From Candidatus Latescibacterota bacterium (GTDB lineage: Bacteria; Latescibacterota; UBA2968), in assembly GCA_965208125.1 (NCBI GenBank), contig OZ242320.1, positions 2,592,001 through 2,656,000 on the forward strand: a DNA stretch of 64,000 nucleotides. The letters run 5' to 3'. The translations under genes and the position numbers were made by a program. Below are positions 55,866 through 64,000 of this stretch, piece after piece (the stretch's first letter is position 1; each line of letters starts with the position of its first letter). The notes under the pieces were generated by a model. The model was given only the letters and a program-made list of their open reading frames with translations. It was not told where the DNA came from and searched no databases.

Positions 55866-58379
55866 GTGAAAAAGATATGTGTTATCGGCCTTTTGCTCGC
55901 TCTGTGGGTTGGTGCAGAGGGGTATGTGATTCTTACACGACAAAATTCGCGTGAACGTATTGTGACACTTCGCTGGTCACCCTCTCGGGCCCAGGCCGGT
56001 ATTCCCTTTGTGGTCAATGCCGGGAGTTTTCCTTTTCCCGAGGCCGAGGTGGTGCGGATCGCACAGCAGGGGTTTAACGACTGGGGCGGGGTGCCGTCGG
56101 CATTTATTACATTTGAATATGAAGGTACAGCACAGCTTGAAGTGGCGGGTAATGATAATCGCAATGTGATTTTTTTCGATACGACGGGAGAGGTTATAGG
56201 AGCACCTGAGGGTACGGGGGTCATTGCAATTGCACGGGTCATCGAGAACGACGACGGTTTTATTACGGATACGGATATTGTTTTTAATGGACGAGATCAC
56301 GAGTTTTCGATTGAGGTGAATAACACGCCTGAGAATCTGACCGATCTTCACGCTGTGATGACGCATGAAATCGGTCATTTGTTGGGGCTGGATCACAGCC
56401 CCTGGGTGGGTGACCCCGAACTGCGACCGACCATGTTTCCCTATAATTTGGACGAAGCGCCGCGTGCGGAGCGTTCTCTGGAAGTCGATGACCGCGCGGG
56501 TATAACGGCGATATACCCTGTGGAAGGGTTTACTGGCGGTGTGCGTGGACAAGTTCTGGATGCCGATGGTCCCACATTTGGCGTGCATGTGGTGGTCTAT
56601 CAGGCGGGAACAGATTCCCTTATGTTTGTCGCGAGTGCTTTGTCGGGTTCGGCTGGTGAACAAAAAGGACCCAATGGCGATGGGCGTTACGAAATTCTCG
56701 GGTTGCCCCCGGGTGATTACCACGTTGCGATTGAGCCACACCATCGCGCAATTTCGGCTGATAATTTTGGCGGTATTTTTCAGACATTATATGATGAAAG
56801 ATTAGAAAGAGAGTACTATAATAATGCGTTTTTGAAAGACAATGCCCAGATCATACGCGTTGAAATCGACCGCGTGATAGAAAATGTCGATTTTGCGATT
56901 GGACCTTCTGTGGCGGGCGCGCCCTTTATTCGGGAGACTATTTTTCCGGCCAATACGCCCGATCCCAATGGCCCCTATCGCTTTTCGGCAAGGGTGACCG
57001 ATAATACAGGGGTGGCAACGGTTGAATTGCATTATCGGGTCAATGGCGGGGGCGTGCACGTGCTGCCAATGATCCCTACGGGTAACGATATTTTTTCCGC
57101 TGAACTCGACGGACAAAGTGTGGGATCGCGGGTTGAATATCGGGTGGTTGCGCGCGATGGCGATGGCAATGAAACGCCTTCGCCGCCACCTGAATTGCCC
57201 ATGTTGCAATTCGATGTGATATCCCTTTCTGGAGCTCCCGTACTTTTTGTTGCATTGCGAGATGAAGATATGGTGGCCGTTATTGATATGGGATCGGATG
57301 AAGAGGTGGCGCGCATTTCCACTGGCGCGGGCCCCTTAAGTGTTTTGATGACACCGGATCAGCGCTATTTGTTTGTCGCCAATACGGGGGGGGCTGTCGG
57401 CACATCTGAAAATCGGGTCACGGTTATCGAGACTGCCACGCATCAGGTGGCGGCGAATATTACGGTTGACAATGCGCCTCTGGATCTCGCGTTGAGCGCA
57501 GATGGGCAGTTGCTCTATGTCACCAATTCACAGTCTAAGAGTATTTCGGTTATTGAGGTGGCGAGTTTGACTGTGCGCAATCGCATTCGGGTGCCGGTTG
57601 TTAATGACGGCGGTCCCTATGGCGTGGCGATTCATCCGGATGGAAAGCGGCTTTATGTCACAGATATCCAGGCCAATCAAGTGCTGATTGTCGATACCGC
57701 ACTCAGAGCGACGGTTGGTCGCATTGATGTGATTGAGGACCCCCGCTCATTGGTTATATCTGCGGATGGAAAGCGGTTGTATGTGTCGGGAGGGGACTTT
57801 GGTGACGTTGGCAGTGGCGGTGTTGTGGTGATTGATACCGAGTCGGAGTCTGTGGTGACAACGATTTCTATAGATGGTGGAATCTTTCGCCTTGCTTTAT
57901 CGCCGGATGGTTCGCGGTTATACGGAACCGATCGCGCGAATGCCCAATTGGTCGTCGTCGATGTGGCGCAGAATCGCGTTGTGAATACTGTCCAGGTTTT
58001 GCCCGAAGGTGAAGAGACGCGTTCTTTGTTTGTGTCGCGCGACGGGTCGCAGATATATGTGGCGAACCAGAATTCGAATGAGTTGGTTATTTTTGACGCG
58101 GAGTCGTTTCAGATTTTGAAAACGCTGAGTTTTGAAGATAGACCACGCGGTATAGCAGTGCGCTCTCAGCCGGCTGTGTTTCTGCCCTTGCGGGAGATAG
58201 CCGCTCAAGCGGATTTCGATGGCAGTGGCAAGATCGATTTTGGAGATTTTCTTCTGTTTGTTGCCGCTTTTAGTGCTGAGAGTCCCGATGCGCGTTTTGA
58301 CTTAAATGAGGATGGGCAGGTCAATTTTGGCGATTTTTTGTTATTTACCAGTGTTTTTGGAAAAACGGTAAGCGCGTGA
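55866..58379 (+). CDS. Secreted matrixin-type metalloprotease + YVTN beta-propeller + dockerin-like C-terminus
   Basis: HEIGHLLGLDH + Met-turn TMFP; LFVAN/LYVTN/LYVT repeats; DFDGSGKIDFGDF and DLNEDGQVNFGDF; start uncertain (55851 or 55866). Confidence 0.85.
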   Translation: MKKICVIGLLLALWVGAEGYVILTRQNSRERIVTLRWSPSRAQAGIPFVVNAGSFPFPEAEVVRIAQQGFNDWGGVPSAFITFEYEGTAQLEVAGNDNRNVIFFDTTGEVIGAPEGTGVIAIARVIENDDGFITDTDIVFNGRDHEFSIEVNNTPENLTDLHAVMTHEIGHLLGLDHSPWVGDPELRPTMFPYNLDEAPRAERSLEVDDRAGITAIYPVEGFTGGVRGQVLDADGPTFGVHVVVYQAGTDSLMFVASALSGSAGEQKGPNGDGRYEILGLPPGDYHVAIEPHHRAISADNFGGIFQTLYDERLEREYYNNAFLKDNAQIIRVEIDRVIENVDFAIGPSVAGAPFIRETIFPANTPDPNGPYRFSARVTDNTGVATVELHYRVNGGGVHVLPMIPTGNDIFSAELDGQSVGSRVEYRVVARDGDGNETPSPPPELPMLQFDVISLSGAPVLFVALRDEDMVAVIDMGSDEEVARISTGAGPLSVLMTPDQRYLFVANTGGAVGTSENRVTVIETATHQVAANITVDNAPLDLALSADGQLLYVTNSQSKSISVIEVASLTVRNRIRVPVVNDGGPYGVAIHPDGKRLYVTDIQANQVLIVDTALRATVGRIDVIEDPRSLVISADGKRLYVSGGDFGDVGSGGVVVIDTESESVVTTISIDGGIFRLALSPDGSRLYGTDRANAQLVVVDVAQNRVVNTVQVLPEGEETRSLFVSRDGSQIYVANQNSNELVIFDAESFQILKTLSFEDRPRGIAVRSQPAVFLPLREIAAQADFDGSGKIDFGDFLLFVAAFSAESPDARFDLNEDGQVNFGDFLLFTSVFGKTVSA

Positions 58380-58395
58380 TATGCAATAATTCCCG

Positions 58396-58437
58396 AAAGA
58401 TAAAAAAGCTCTGGATGCCCGGAGCTTTTTTATCTTT
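58396..58437 (+). terminator. Intrinsic terminator
   Basis: aaagataaaaaagctc...gagcttttttatcttt. Confidence 0.8.
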
Positions 58438-58503
58438 GCGCTCAAATTGTGGTGTATATTGCAATGGTGTGTGACTTTTTAGCTTTTTTACAAGGAGGAT
58501 GTG

Positions 58504-59367
58504 ATGGCGTTTGGACAGGGTGATTATGTCTATACGGTGCAGGAAAATTGGTGGTCGTTGCCCGAAGGCTGGTCGTTTGGATGGGTACCGGCGGTGGCTG
58601 TTGATTCGCAAGACCGCGTTTATGTGTACAGTCGCAGCGAGCACCCGATGGTGGTTTTTGATCGCGAAGGCAATTTTTTGTCTTCGTGGGGCGAAGATGT
58701 GTTAAAGGATGCGCATGGCATTTATATCGATGCAGAAGATCACGTCTATTGTGTGGAGCGCAATACGCATTGTTTGCGGAAGTTTAGCTGTGATGGCGAG
58801 TTGTTGATGACGGTGGGGACGCCCGATCGGGAAGGCGATGAAGGCGAGCCGTTTCGGTTGCCGACCGATGTCGCGTTTGATTCTCAAGGGTTTATGTATG
58901 TGTCCGATGGGTATGGCAATGCGAGGATGCACAAGTTCACGCCCGATGGGGAGTTGATCAAGTCCTGGGGAGAACCGGGTACGGGACCGGGACAATTTGA
59001 TCTGGTGCATTCTGTGCGGGTCGATAAGGATGACCGTTTGTGGGTGGCAGATCGGAGCAACAATCGCATTCAATTTTTCGATACCGAGGGCAATTTTCAG
59101 GGAGAGTGGACGGGTTTGCACCAGCCCGATACTGTTTATATTGATGACGACGATGGGGTGGTTTATATCGCGGAGTTGGATCAGCGGGTGAGTATCTGGA
59201 CGGTTGATGGCGAGAAATTGTCTGAGTGGGGGCGCGGGGTTGAAAGCGATATCCCCGGTGAGTTCAAGAAGTGCCCGCACGGTATCTGGCTGGATTCACA
59301 CGGCGATTTGTATGTGGGGGAAGTGCAGACAGATGCCCGGTTGCAAAAGTTTATCCGGGAAAGATAA
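58504..59367 (+). CDS. NHL-repeat protein (PAL-like family)
   Basis: VAVDSQDRVYV, PTDVAF, DGYGNAR, WVADRSNNRIQ, PHGIWLD. Confidence 0.88.
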   Translation: MAFGQGDYVYTVQENWWSLPEGWSFGWVPAVAVDSQDRVYVYSRSEHPMVVFDREGNFLSSWGEDVLKDAHGIYIDAEDHVYCVERNTHCLRKFSCDGELLMTVGTPDREGDEGEPFRLPTDVAFDSQGFMYVSDGYGNARMHKFTPDGELIKSWGEPGTGPGQFDLVHSVRVDKDDRLWVADRSNNRIQFFDTEGNFQGEWTGLHQPDTVYIDDDDGVVYIAELDQRVSIWTVDGEKLSEWGRGVESDIPGEFKKCPHGIWLDSHGDLYVGEVQTDARLQKFIRER

Positions 59368-59374
59368 GGCAGTG

Positions 59375-60229
59375 ATGATTGAGGGTATTGTCACTTATGG
59401 CCGGATGATTAAATTCGGCCACAGTATTTTTGCCTTGCCATTCGCGCTTTCGGGCGCGGTATTGGCGGCGGCTGGATATGGGATTTCGTCCGAGCAGGTG
59501 TTCTGGATTGTGGTGGCGATGGTGGGCGCGAGAAGTGCGGCTATGGGTTTTAATCGGCTTGTGGATCGGAAAATGGATGCGGCCAATCCGCGCACGGCCA
59601 ATCGCGAGTTGCCGCAAGGAGTTATTTCGGCAGGTGCTGTGAAGGTGTTTGTGTGCGTTTTTTCTGCGCTACTCGTTTTTGCGGCTTATAAGTTAAATCC
59701 ACTGTGTTTGATGCTGTCACCTGTGGCATTGGGTATTGTGTTTTTTTATTCTTATACAAAGCGTTTTACGTGGACTACGCAGCTTTTTCTCGGGTTGGCA
59801 TTGTCTCTCGCGCCCGTGGGGGCATGGATCGCAGTGACGGGACAATTGGATGCGAAGATTTTACTGCTCGGTGGCGCGGTGTTGATGTGGGTCGCGGGAT
59901 TTGATGTGATTTACGCCTGTCAGGATGCCGAGTTTGATCGGCGGTTTGGGGTGTATTCGATTCCGCAGAAGTTTGGGATTGGTCCCGCGTTGTGGATTGC
60001 GCGGTTATTTCATGTGATTGCTTTTGGTTTGATGGTGTGCGTGGGACAGGTGTTTGAACTGGGGATGATTTATGTAGCTGGCGTGATGTGCGTGGGATGT
60101 TTGCTGATTTATGAACACTATTTGGTGAGGCACAGAGATTTGTCAAAGGCGGGTATGGCGTCTTTGACAATGAATGGTGTGGTCAGTGTGGTGTATTTTG
60201 CGGGGACGCTGGCCGATTTGTTGTTGTAA
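59375..60229 (+). CDS. UbiA-family polyprenyltransferase (MqnP-like)
   Basis: IKFGHSIFALPFA, NRLVDRKMDAANPRTANR, YSYTKRF, FDVIYACQD. Confidence 0.9.
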   Translation: MIEGIVTYGRMIKFGHSIFALPFALSGAVLAAAGYGISSEQVFWIVVAMVGARSAAMGFNRLVDRKMDAANPRTANRELPQGVISAGAVKVFVCVFSALLVFAAYKLNPLCLMLSPVALGIVFFYSYTKRFTWTTQLFLGLALSLAPVGAWIAVTGQLDAKILLLGGAVLMWVAGFDVIYACQDAEFDRRFGVYSIPQKFGIGPALWIARLFHVIAFGLMVCVGQVFELGMIYVAGVMCVGCLLIYEHYLVRHRDLSKAGMASLTMNGVVSVVYFAGTLADLLL

Positions 60230-60256
60230 TTCGCTGTATCTGGGATTCTGTTTGCT

Positions 60257-60850
60257 ATGAAACGAATTACGGTTGCAATTACAGGGGCAAGTGGGGCTAT
60301 TTATGCGTTGCGCACGTTGCGCGCATTGCTGATGCGCGAGGTTGCGGTGGATGTGGTGATATCCGAATTTGGCTGGATGTTGCTTCGAGATGAGGCGGGC
60401 TTTGAGGGGAAACAGCGAGATTTTGGTGGTTTTATCCGGGAACTTTATGGTGTTTCGGTGGATAATATGGCACTGCACCCGTTTAAGAATCTCGCTGCAA
60501 CGCTGGCGAGTGGTTCGGCGCAGTCAGATGGCATGGTGGTGGTGCCGTGTTCGATGAAGACACTGGCGAGTATAGCCCATGGGTTGTCGCGCAATTTGAT
60601 TGAACGCGCTGCAGATGTCGCGTTGAAAGAGCGCCGGACGCTCATTATCGTGCCGCGGGAGACACCGATGAATTTGATTCAACTGCGCAATATGGTGGCG
60701 GTGGCCGAAGCGGGTGCTGTTGTGGTACCGGCGATGCCAGCATTTTATCAAAAGCCGGAGACGTTCGATGATTTGGCGGATTTCGTCGTTGGTCGAATTT
60801 TGAGTTTATTGGGCATTGAGCACGATTTGTATCCGGCATGGGAAGGGTGA
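60257..60850 (+). CDS. ubiX: Flavin prenyltransferase
   Basis: ITGASG, ASGS, PCSMKTLA, RAADVALKERR, RETP, PAFY. Confidence 0.95.
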   Translation: MKRITVAITGASGAIYALRTLRALLMREVAVDVVISEFGWMLLRDEAGFEGKQRDFGGFIRELYGVSVDNMALHPFKNLAATLASGSAQSDGMVVVPCSMKTLASIAHGLSRNLIERAADVALKERRTLIIVPRETPMNLIQLRNMVAVAEAGAVVVPAMPAFYQKPETFDDLADFVVGRILSLLGIEHDLYPAWEG

Positions 60851-60936
60851 AGGGTAAAGTGTGAAGTGTGAAGAAGCACCTGTTCTGGGGCGATGTTGGG
60901 AGGACTTCTCACTTCTAACTTCCTACTCCTTACTTC
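60842..60936. repeat. Inverted pair of heptamer repeat tracts between convergent genes
   Basis: gaagggtgaagggtaaagtgtgaagtgtgaag ... acttctcacttctaacttcctactccttacttc. Confidence 0.75.
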
Positions 60937-63079
60937 AAAAGCCGACTGCTGATTGCTGGTAGATTTTTTCCGTGAAGTGTGCCCAGCCTCTCCAGCGGTC
61001 AATACCCGTCAGGCGCAGGTCAATTTCGTCGCCGATCTCTACGGGATAACCCGGATAGATGACGGTTTTGAAGGGGTGGTCGAGGAGTTCTACGAGGACG
61101 CCGCGCATTTTGAGGTGGAGAACAACGGCGCGAAATTCCCGACCAATCTGATTCTCCCACGATTGTAATATCAAATCGCGGGTACGGTGGTGTACCAGGT
61201 CGTCGATGAGGTCCTGTGTTTCCCACATGCGGTAGCGCAGGGTATTGAGGTCGTCAACCTCGTAAAGGGATTGCTCGGTTTTTAGGTAGTGATCGATCTG
61301 GCGTTGCATTACGAGGTCGGTGTATCTGGTTGTGGGTTGGGTGATGGGACAATAATGCGATATGCCATAGCCGTGATGTGTTTCTGGCGTTGTGCTGAGG
61401 CCGATGTTTGGGGTCTGGCGGTGGCGTTCGTGGCGGCGTACAACGGAGTGGGAGATTTGGATGATGGTCTCAATGTTTTCAATGGGGTCGCGCATTTCGT
61501 AAATTGCGGGGAGGCTCTTATTATCACACCACCGCCCAACAGCTATGCCAGCGAGCAGGGATAGTTCAATGGCAATGTGATGCGCGGAATTTGGGGGTGA
61601 TTGTTCTTCGAGGTCGTGCATGGCCGTTTGCCGCGTTTTGTAGAGGCGTGCGGATAATTGCGAGAAGAATTGTATGGCGCGGTGCTGCGGGTGAGCAGGG
61701 TCGTTTAGTGCATGGTCGATGTTTTCAGGTGAAAGGTCCGCTTTGTTTATTGCGGCCGTTTGCGCGATACAAAAATCTTTGAGGCGGCCATCCCGATTTA
61801 CGCGCCAGAAGATACTGAGTGCTGGATGCGCTTTGTCGCTTTGGAATTGGCCCAGGTCGTGTGAAAAGCGCGTTGGTAGCATGGGAATGGGATGATCGGG
61901 AAAGGGAATGTGCGCCATGCGCTCGGCAGCGTCGCGGTCAATGTGCGAATCTTTGGGGATGAGTGCGCCGATATCTGGAATGTGTACGCCAAACTCTGCG
62001 CCTCCCAAGAGCCTGCGACGGTATGAGAGGGCGATGTTTGGGTGATCGGGCGGGTGTATTACAAAGACGGGTTGTTTTTTTCGGTTTCCATAAGCGGGCG
62101 CGAGTGTTTCTGCCTGGCGGATGGCGAGGTCTGAAAATGCAGTTGGAATTTCGGCGCGGAGCAAGTCGAGGTTTTGATCGCGTTTCCAGACCTTTTTTTT
62201 AATGAGTAGTTCGACTGCGGATTTTTGGCGGTTTTTTTGGGTTTTGCAAATTTCAGAGATCAATGCCTGCGCTTGAGTTGCGTATTGGGATTCACTGCCC
62301 CACAATGCGTATTGTCGAATCTGTTCCAGATAGGTTTGCTGGCGTGGGGTCAGCGTGTGTTCTGCGATGGATTCGTCCTGATTCGCCATGGCGTGGATAA
62401 ATTCTTCTCGTTCTTCATCCCGGTCTTTTCTAAGTTTGTGGCGTTGGCGAAGGACATTTACTTGACCGGCCGTATAGGGCGAATACGAGTTGGAAGATTG
62501 AGGCTGAAAATAAGGAGAAGTATGGTGCAGGTGAAGATAGAGGGCAATCCATTGTGTCGCATCGATTTCTGTGTTGTAGAAGAGGTCGGCGATTTCTGAA
62601 AGCGGAAGCGGGGTTGCAGATTCAACGGCGATTTCCCAGACGGCTTCGAGGTCTATTTCCCGGCTCAAGGTGCGGACGGCCGTTGCATAAGTTTTGAGTG
62701 GTACATCGGTTGATGAGGTGCCGGTGAGATAAACGAGGTTGGTGTGGCGAAAGCGGAGGCGCCGACCATCTTCTGATAAAACTGTGATTTCGGAAATTTT
62801 GCGGGGCAAAACAGCCTGGCATGTTCCCAGGAGCAGGCGTTTTCGAAAGCGAAACAGGATAATTTCATCCTGGATAGGTGTGCCGGGTAACCTACCTTTT
62901 GTATGGGGCGCATCTTGGGAACTCGGTATTCCATCTTCATCCAGACGGCCCGTGTAGCGCTCGTTGGGTTGGTTTTTGTGTTCATTTCGGATGATCAGAC
63001 CGTAGATGCGTTTGACAAGGCTGGCGTAGAAGTAGAGATAGCGATTTGAGATTGTGACTTCGCGTTTGGATTTTTGCAT
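60935..63079 (-). CDS. RNB-domain (RNase II/R-like) protein, degenerate active site; start uncertain
   Basis: GVHIPD, IDRDAAER...FPD..IPMLP, HHGYG...Y...TQPTTRYTDLVMQRQI, C-terminal S1-like region. Confidence 0.8.
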   Translation of the reverse strand: MQKSKREVTISNRYLYFYASLVKRIYGLIIRNEHKNQPNERYTGRLDEDGIPSSQDAPHTKGRLPGTPIQDEIILFRFRKRLLLGTCQAVLPRKISEITVLSEDGRRLRFRHTNLVYLTGTSSTDVPLKTYATAVRTLSREIDLEAVWEIAVESATPLPLSEIADLFYNTEIDATQWIALYLHLHHTSPYFQPQSSNSYSPYTAGQVNVLRQRHKLRKDRDEEREEFIHAMANQDESIAEHTLTPRQQTYLEQIRQYALWGSESQYATQAQALISEICKTQKNRQKSAVELLIKKKVWKRDQNLDLLRAEIPTAFSDLAIRQAETLAPAYGNRKKQPVFVIHPPDHPNIALSYRRRLLGGAEFGVHIPDIGALIPKDSHIDRDAAERMAHIPFPDHPIPMLPTRFSHDLGQFQSDKAHPALSIFWRVNRDGRLKDFCIAQTAAINKADLSPENIDHALNDPAHPQHRAIQFFSQLSARLYKTRQTAMHDLEEQSPPNSAHHIAIELSLLAGIAVGRWCDNKSLPAIYEMRDPIENIETIIQISHSVVRRHERHRQTPNIGLSTTPETHHGYGISHYCPITQPTTRYTDLVMQRQIDHYLKTEQSLYEVDDLNTLRYRMWETQDLIDDLVHHRTRDLILQSWENQIGREFRAVVLHLKMRGVLVELLDHPFKTVIYPGYPVEIGDEIDLRLTGIDRWRGWAHFTEKIYQQSAVGF

Positions 63080-63109
63080 GGTTTTGCCTCGTCTCTGTCG
63101 CCCATTAAT

Positions 63110-63139
63110 AAAAAGCCCCGGTGTGTGACCGGGGCTTTT
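63110..63139 (-). terminator. Intrinsic terminator after the DUF1501 gene
   Basis: aaaagccccggt-gtgtg-accggggctttt. Confidence 0.8.
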
Positions 63140-63163
63140 ATAGTTTCAGACGATGCCGGGTGC

Positions 63164-64000
63164 TTAACGGTTTCGGAAGGCATCGACAAATCTCAAGAAA
63201 TCGCCAAACCCAACGTTGCCATCGCCGTCTAAATCGAATTTGGCTTCATTGCTGCCATAGGCCTGGGCAAATTGGAGAAAGTCGTTAAAGTCGAGTTTGC
63301 CGTCGGCATTAAAGTCAACTTTGGCGAGATCGAGCCTTGGTCTGAGAATGGGAATGTGAGACGTATTGGATGAAAAGATGCTTGAGACAACATCTTGTGA
63401 TACGTCAAACCAATCGTTGAGCACCGAGGCATAGACATGGCGGAAGTCGTGATCGTAGTAAAAGTCACCGCGCCTGTCAACCTGTTCAAAGTTGGGCTGT
63501 GGACCTGCAATACCCGCATTGATCGATGGGCCAAAGAAGAACATGGGCGCTGATGTGCCGTGATCGGTGCCTGCGCTGCCGTTTTCTTTTGTTCGACGAC
63601 CAAATTCCGAAATGCTCATGCCGAGCACGCGGTCTTGCAATTGATGTTGCCGCAGGTCCTGAACAAAAGCCGTGACTGCTCCGTTGAGCTGGCTCATCAG
63701 GTTGTTGTGGCGGTTGAGCTGATTGGAGTGTGTGTCGTATCCGCCCTGTGAAACCAGATACACTTTGGATTGTAAGCCGCCAGCGATCAACCGCGCGACC
63801 AGACTGAGCTGGTTGGCGAGCCCATTATTGGAGGGGTATTGAACTCTGTTCGCGCCTTTATTTGCGGCATCTCTGACTTGTGAGGAATATTGAAGGGATT
63901 CAAAGTTGATGCGGCGGATAAAGTCGAGTTCATATCCTGCCGGTGTGGGGATTTTACCGTCTTCGATAATTTTGTTGCCCTGCTCCACGAGATTGACAAA
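63164..64000 (-). CDS. DUF1501 domain protein with dockerin-like C-terminus (5' end outside window)
   Basis: GGYDTH, SEFGRR..ENGSAGTDHG, DFRHVYASVL; DFNADGKLDFNDF and DLDGDGNVGFGDF; frame open to 64000. Confidence 0.88.
   Translation of the reverse strand, partial: FVNLVEQGNKIIEDGKIPTPAGYELDFIRRINFESLQYSSQVRDAANKGANRVQYPSNNGLANQLSLVARLIAGGLQSKVYLVSQGGYDTHSNQLNRHNNLMSQLNGAVTAFVQDLRQHQLQDRVLGMSISEFGRRTKENGSAGTDHGTSAPMFFFGPSINAGIAGPQPNFEQVDRRGDFYYDHDFRHVYASVLNDWFDVSQDVVSSIFSSNTSHIPILRPRLDLAKVDFNADGKLDFNDFLQFAQAYGSNEAKFDLDGDGNVGFGDFLRFVDAFRNR

Overview
Bacterial chromosomal window with a moderately GC-rich housekeeping/catabolic backbone: Gfo/Idh/MocA and PhyH enzymes, ilvD, aceE-aceF-lpdA, hflX, topA, xerC, ubiA/ubiX-type genes, tRNA-Arg(ACG) and tRNA-Glu(CTC). 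Two visibly AT-richer accessory islands interrupt it. Island 1 (~3990-12070) is a three-gene SNF2 helicase / 205-aa protein / sacsin-like GHKL ATPase-HNH operon wedged between two toxin-antitoxin (TA) modules. It truncates a PIN toxin at its 5' end and appears fused in frame to an antitoxin tail that overlaps a MazF gene at its 3' end. Island 2 (~19800-28450, directly after tRNA-Glu) carries a short prokaryotic Argonaute system (DUF4365 nuclease-APAZ plus catalytically dead short pAgo, SPARDA-type). It is followed co-directionally by an XRE-HTH/ImmA-IrrE peptidase fusion and a PIN protein, then TA/RM debris, an S66 peptidase and a Panacea TA flanked by a 114-bp gene-start duplication. Intergenic DNA holds several palindromic and tandem repeat families (GTAG-REPs, heptamer repeats). 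No CRISPR array, rRNA, intact transposase or island integrase was seen. The multiple PhyH/Gfo genes and dockerin-like C-termini suggest a Latescibacterota/Gemmatimonadota-like organism (inference only). All protein family calls come from motif recognition by eye, not database searches.
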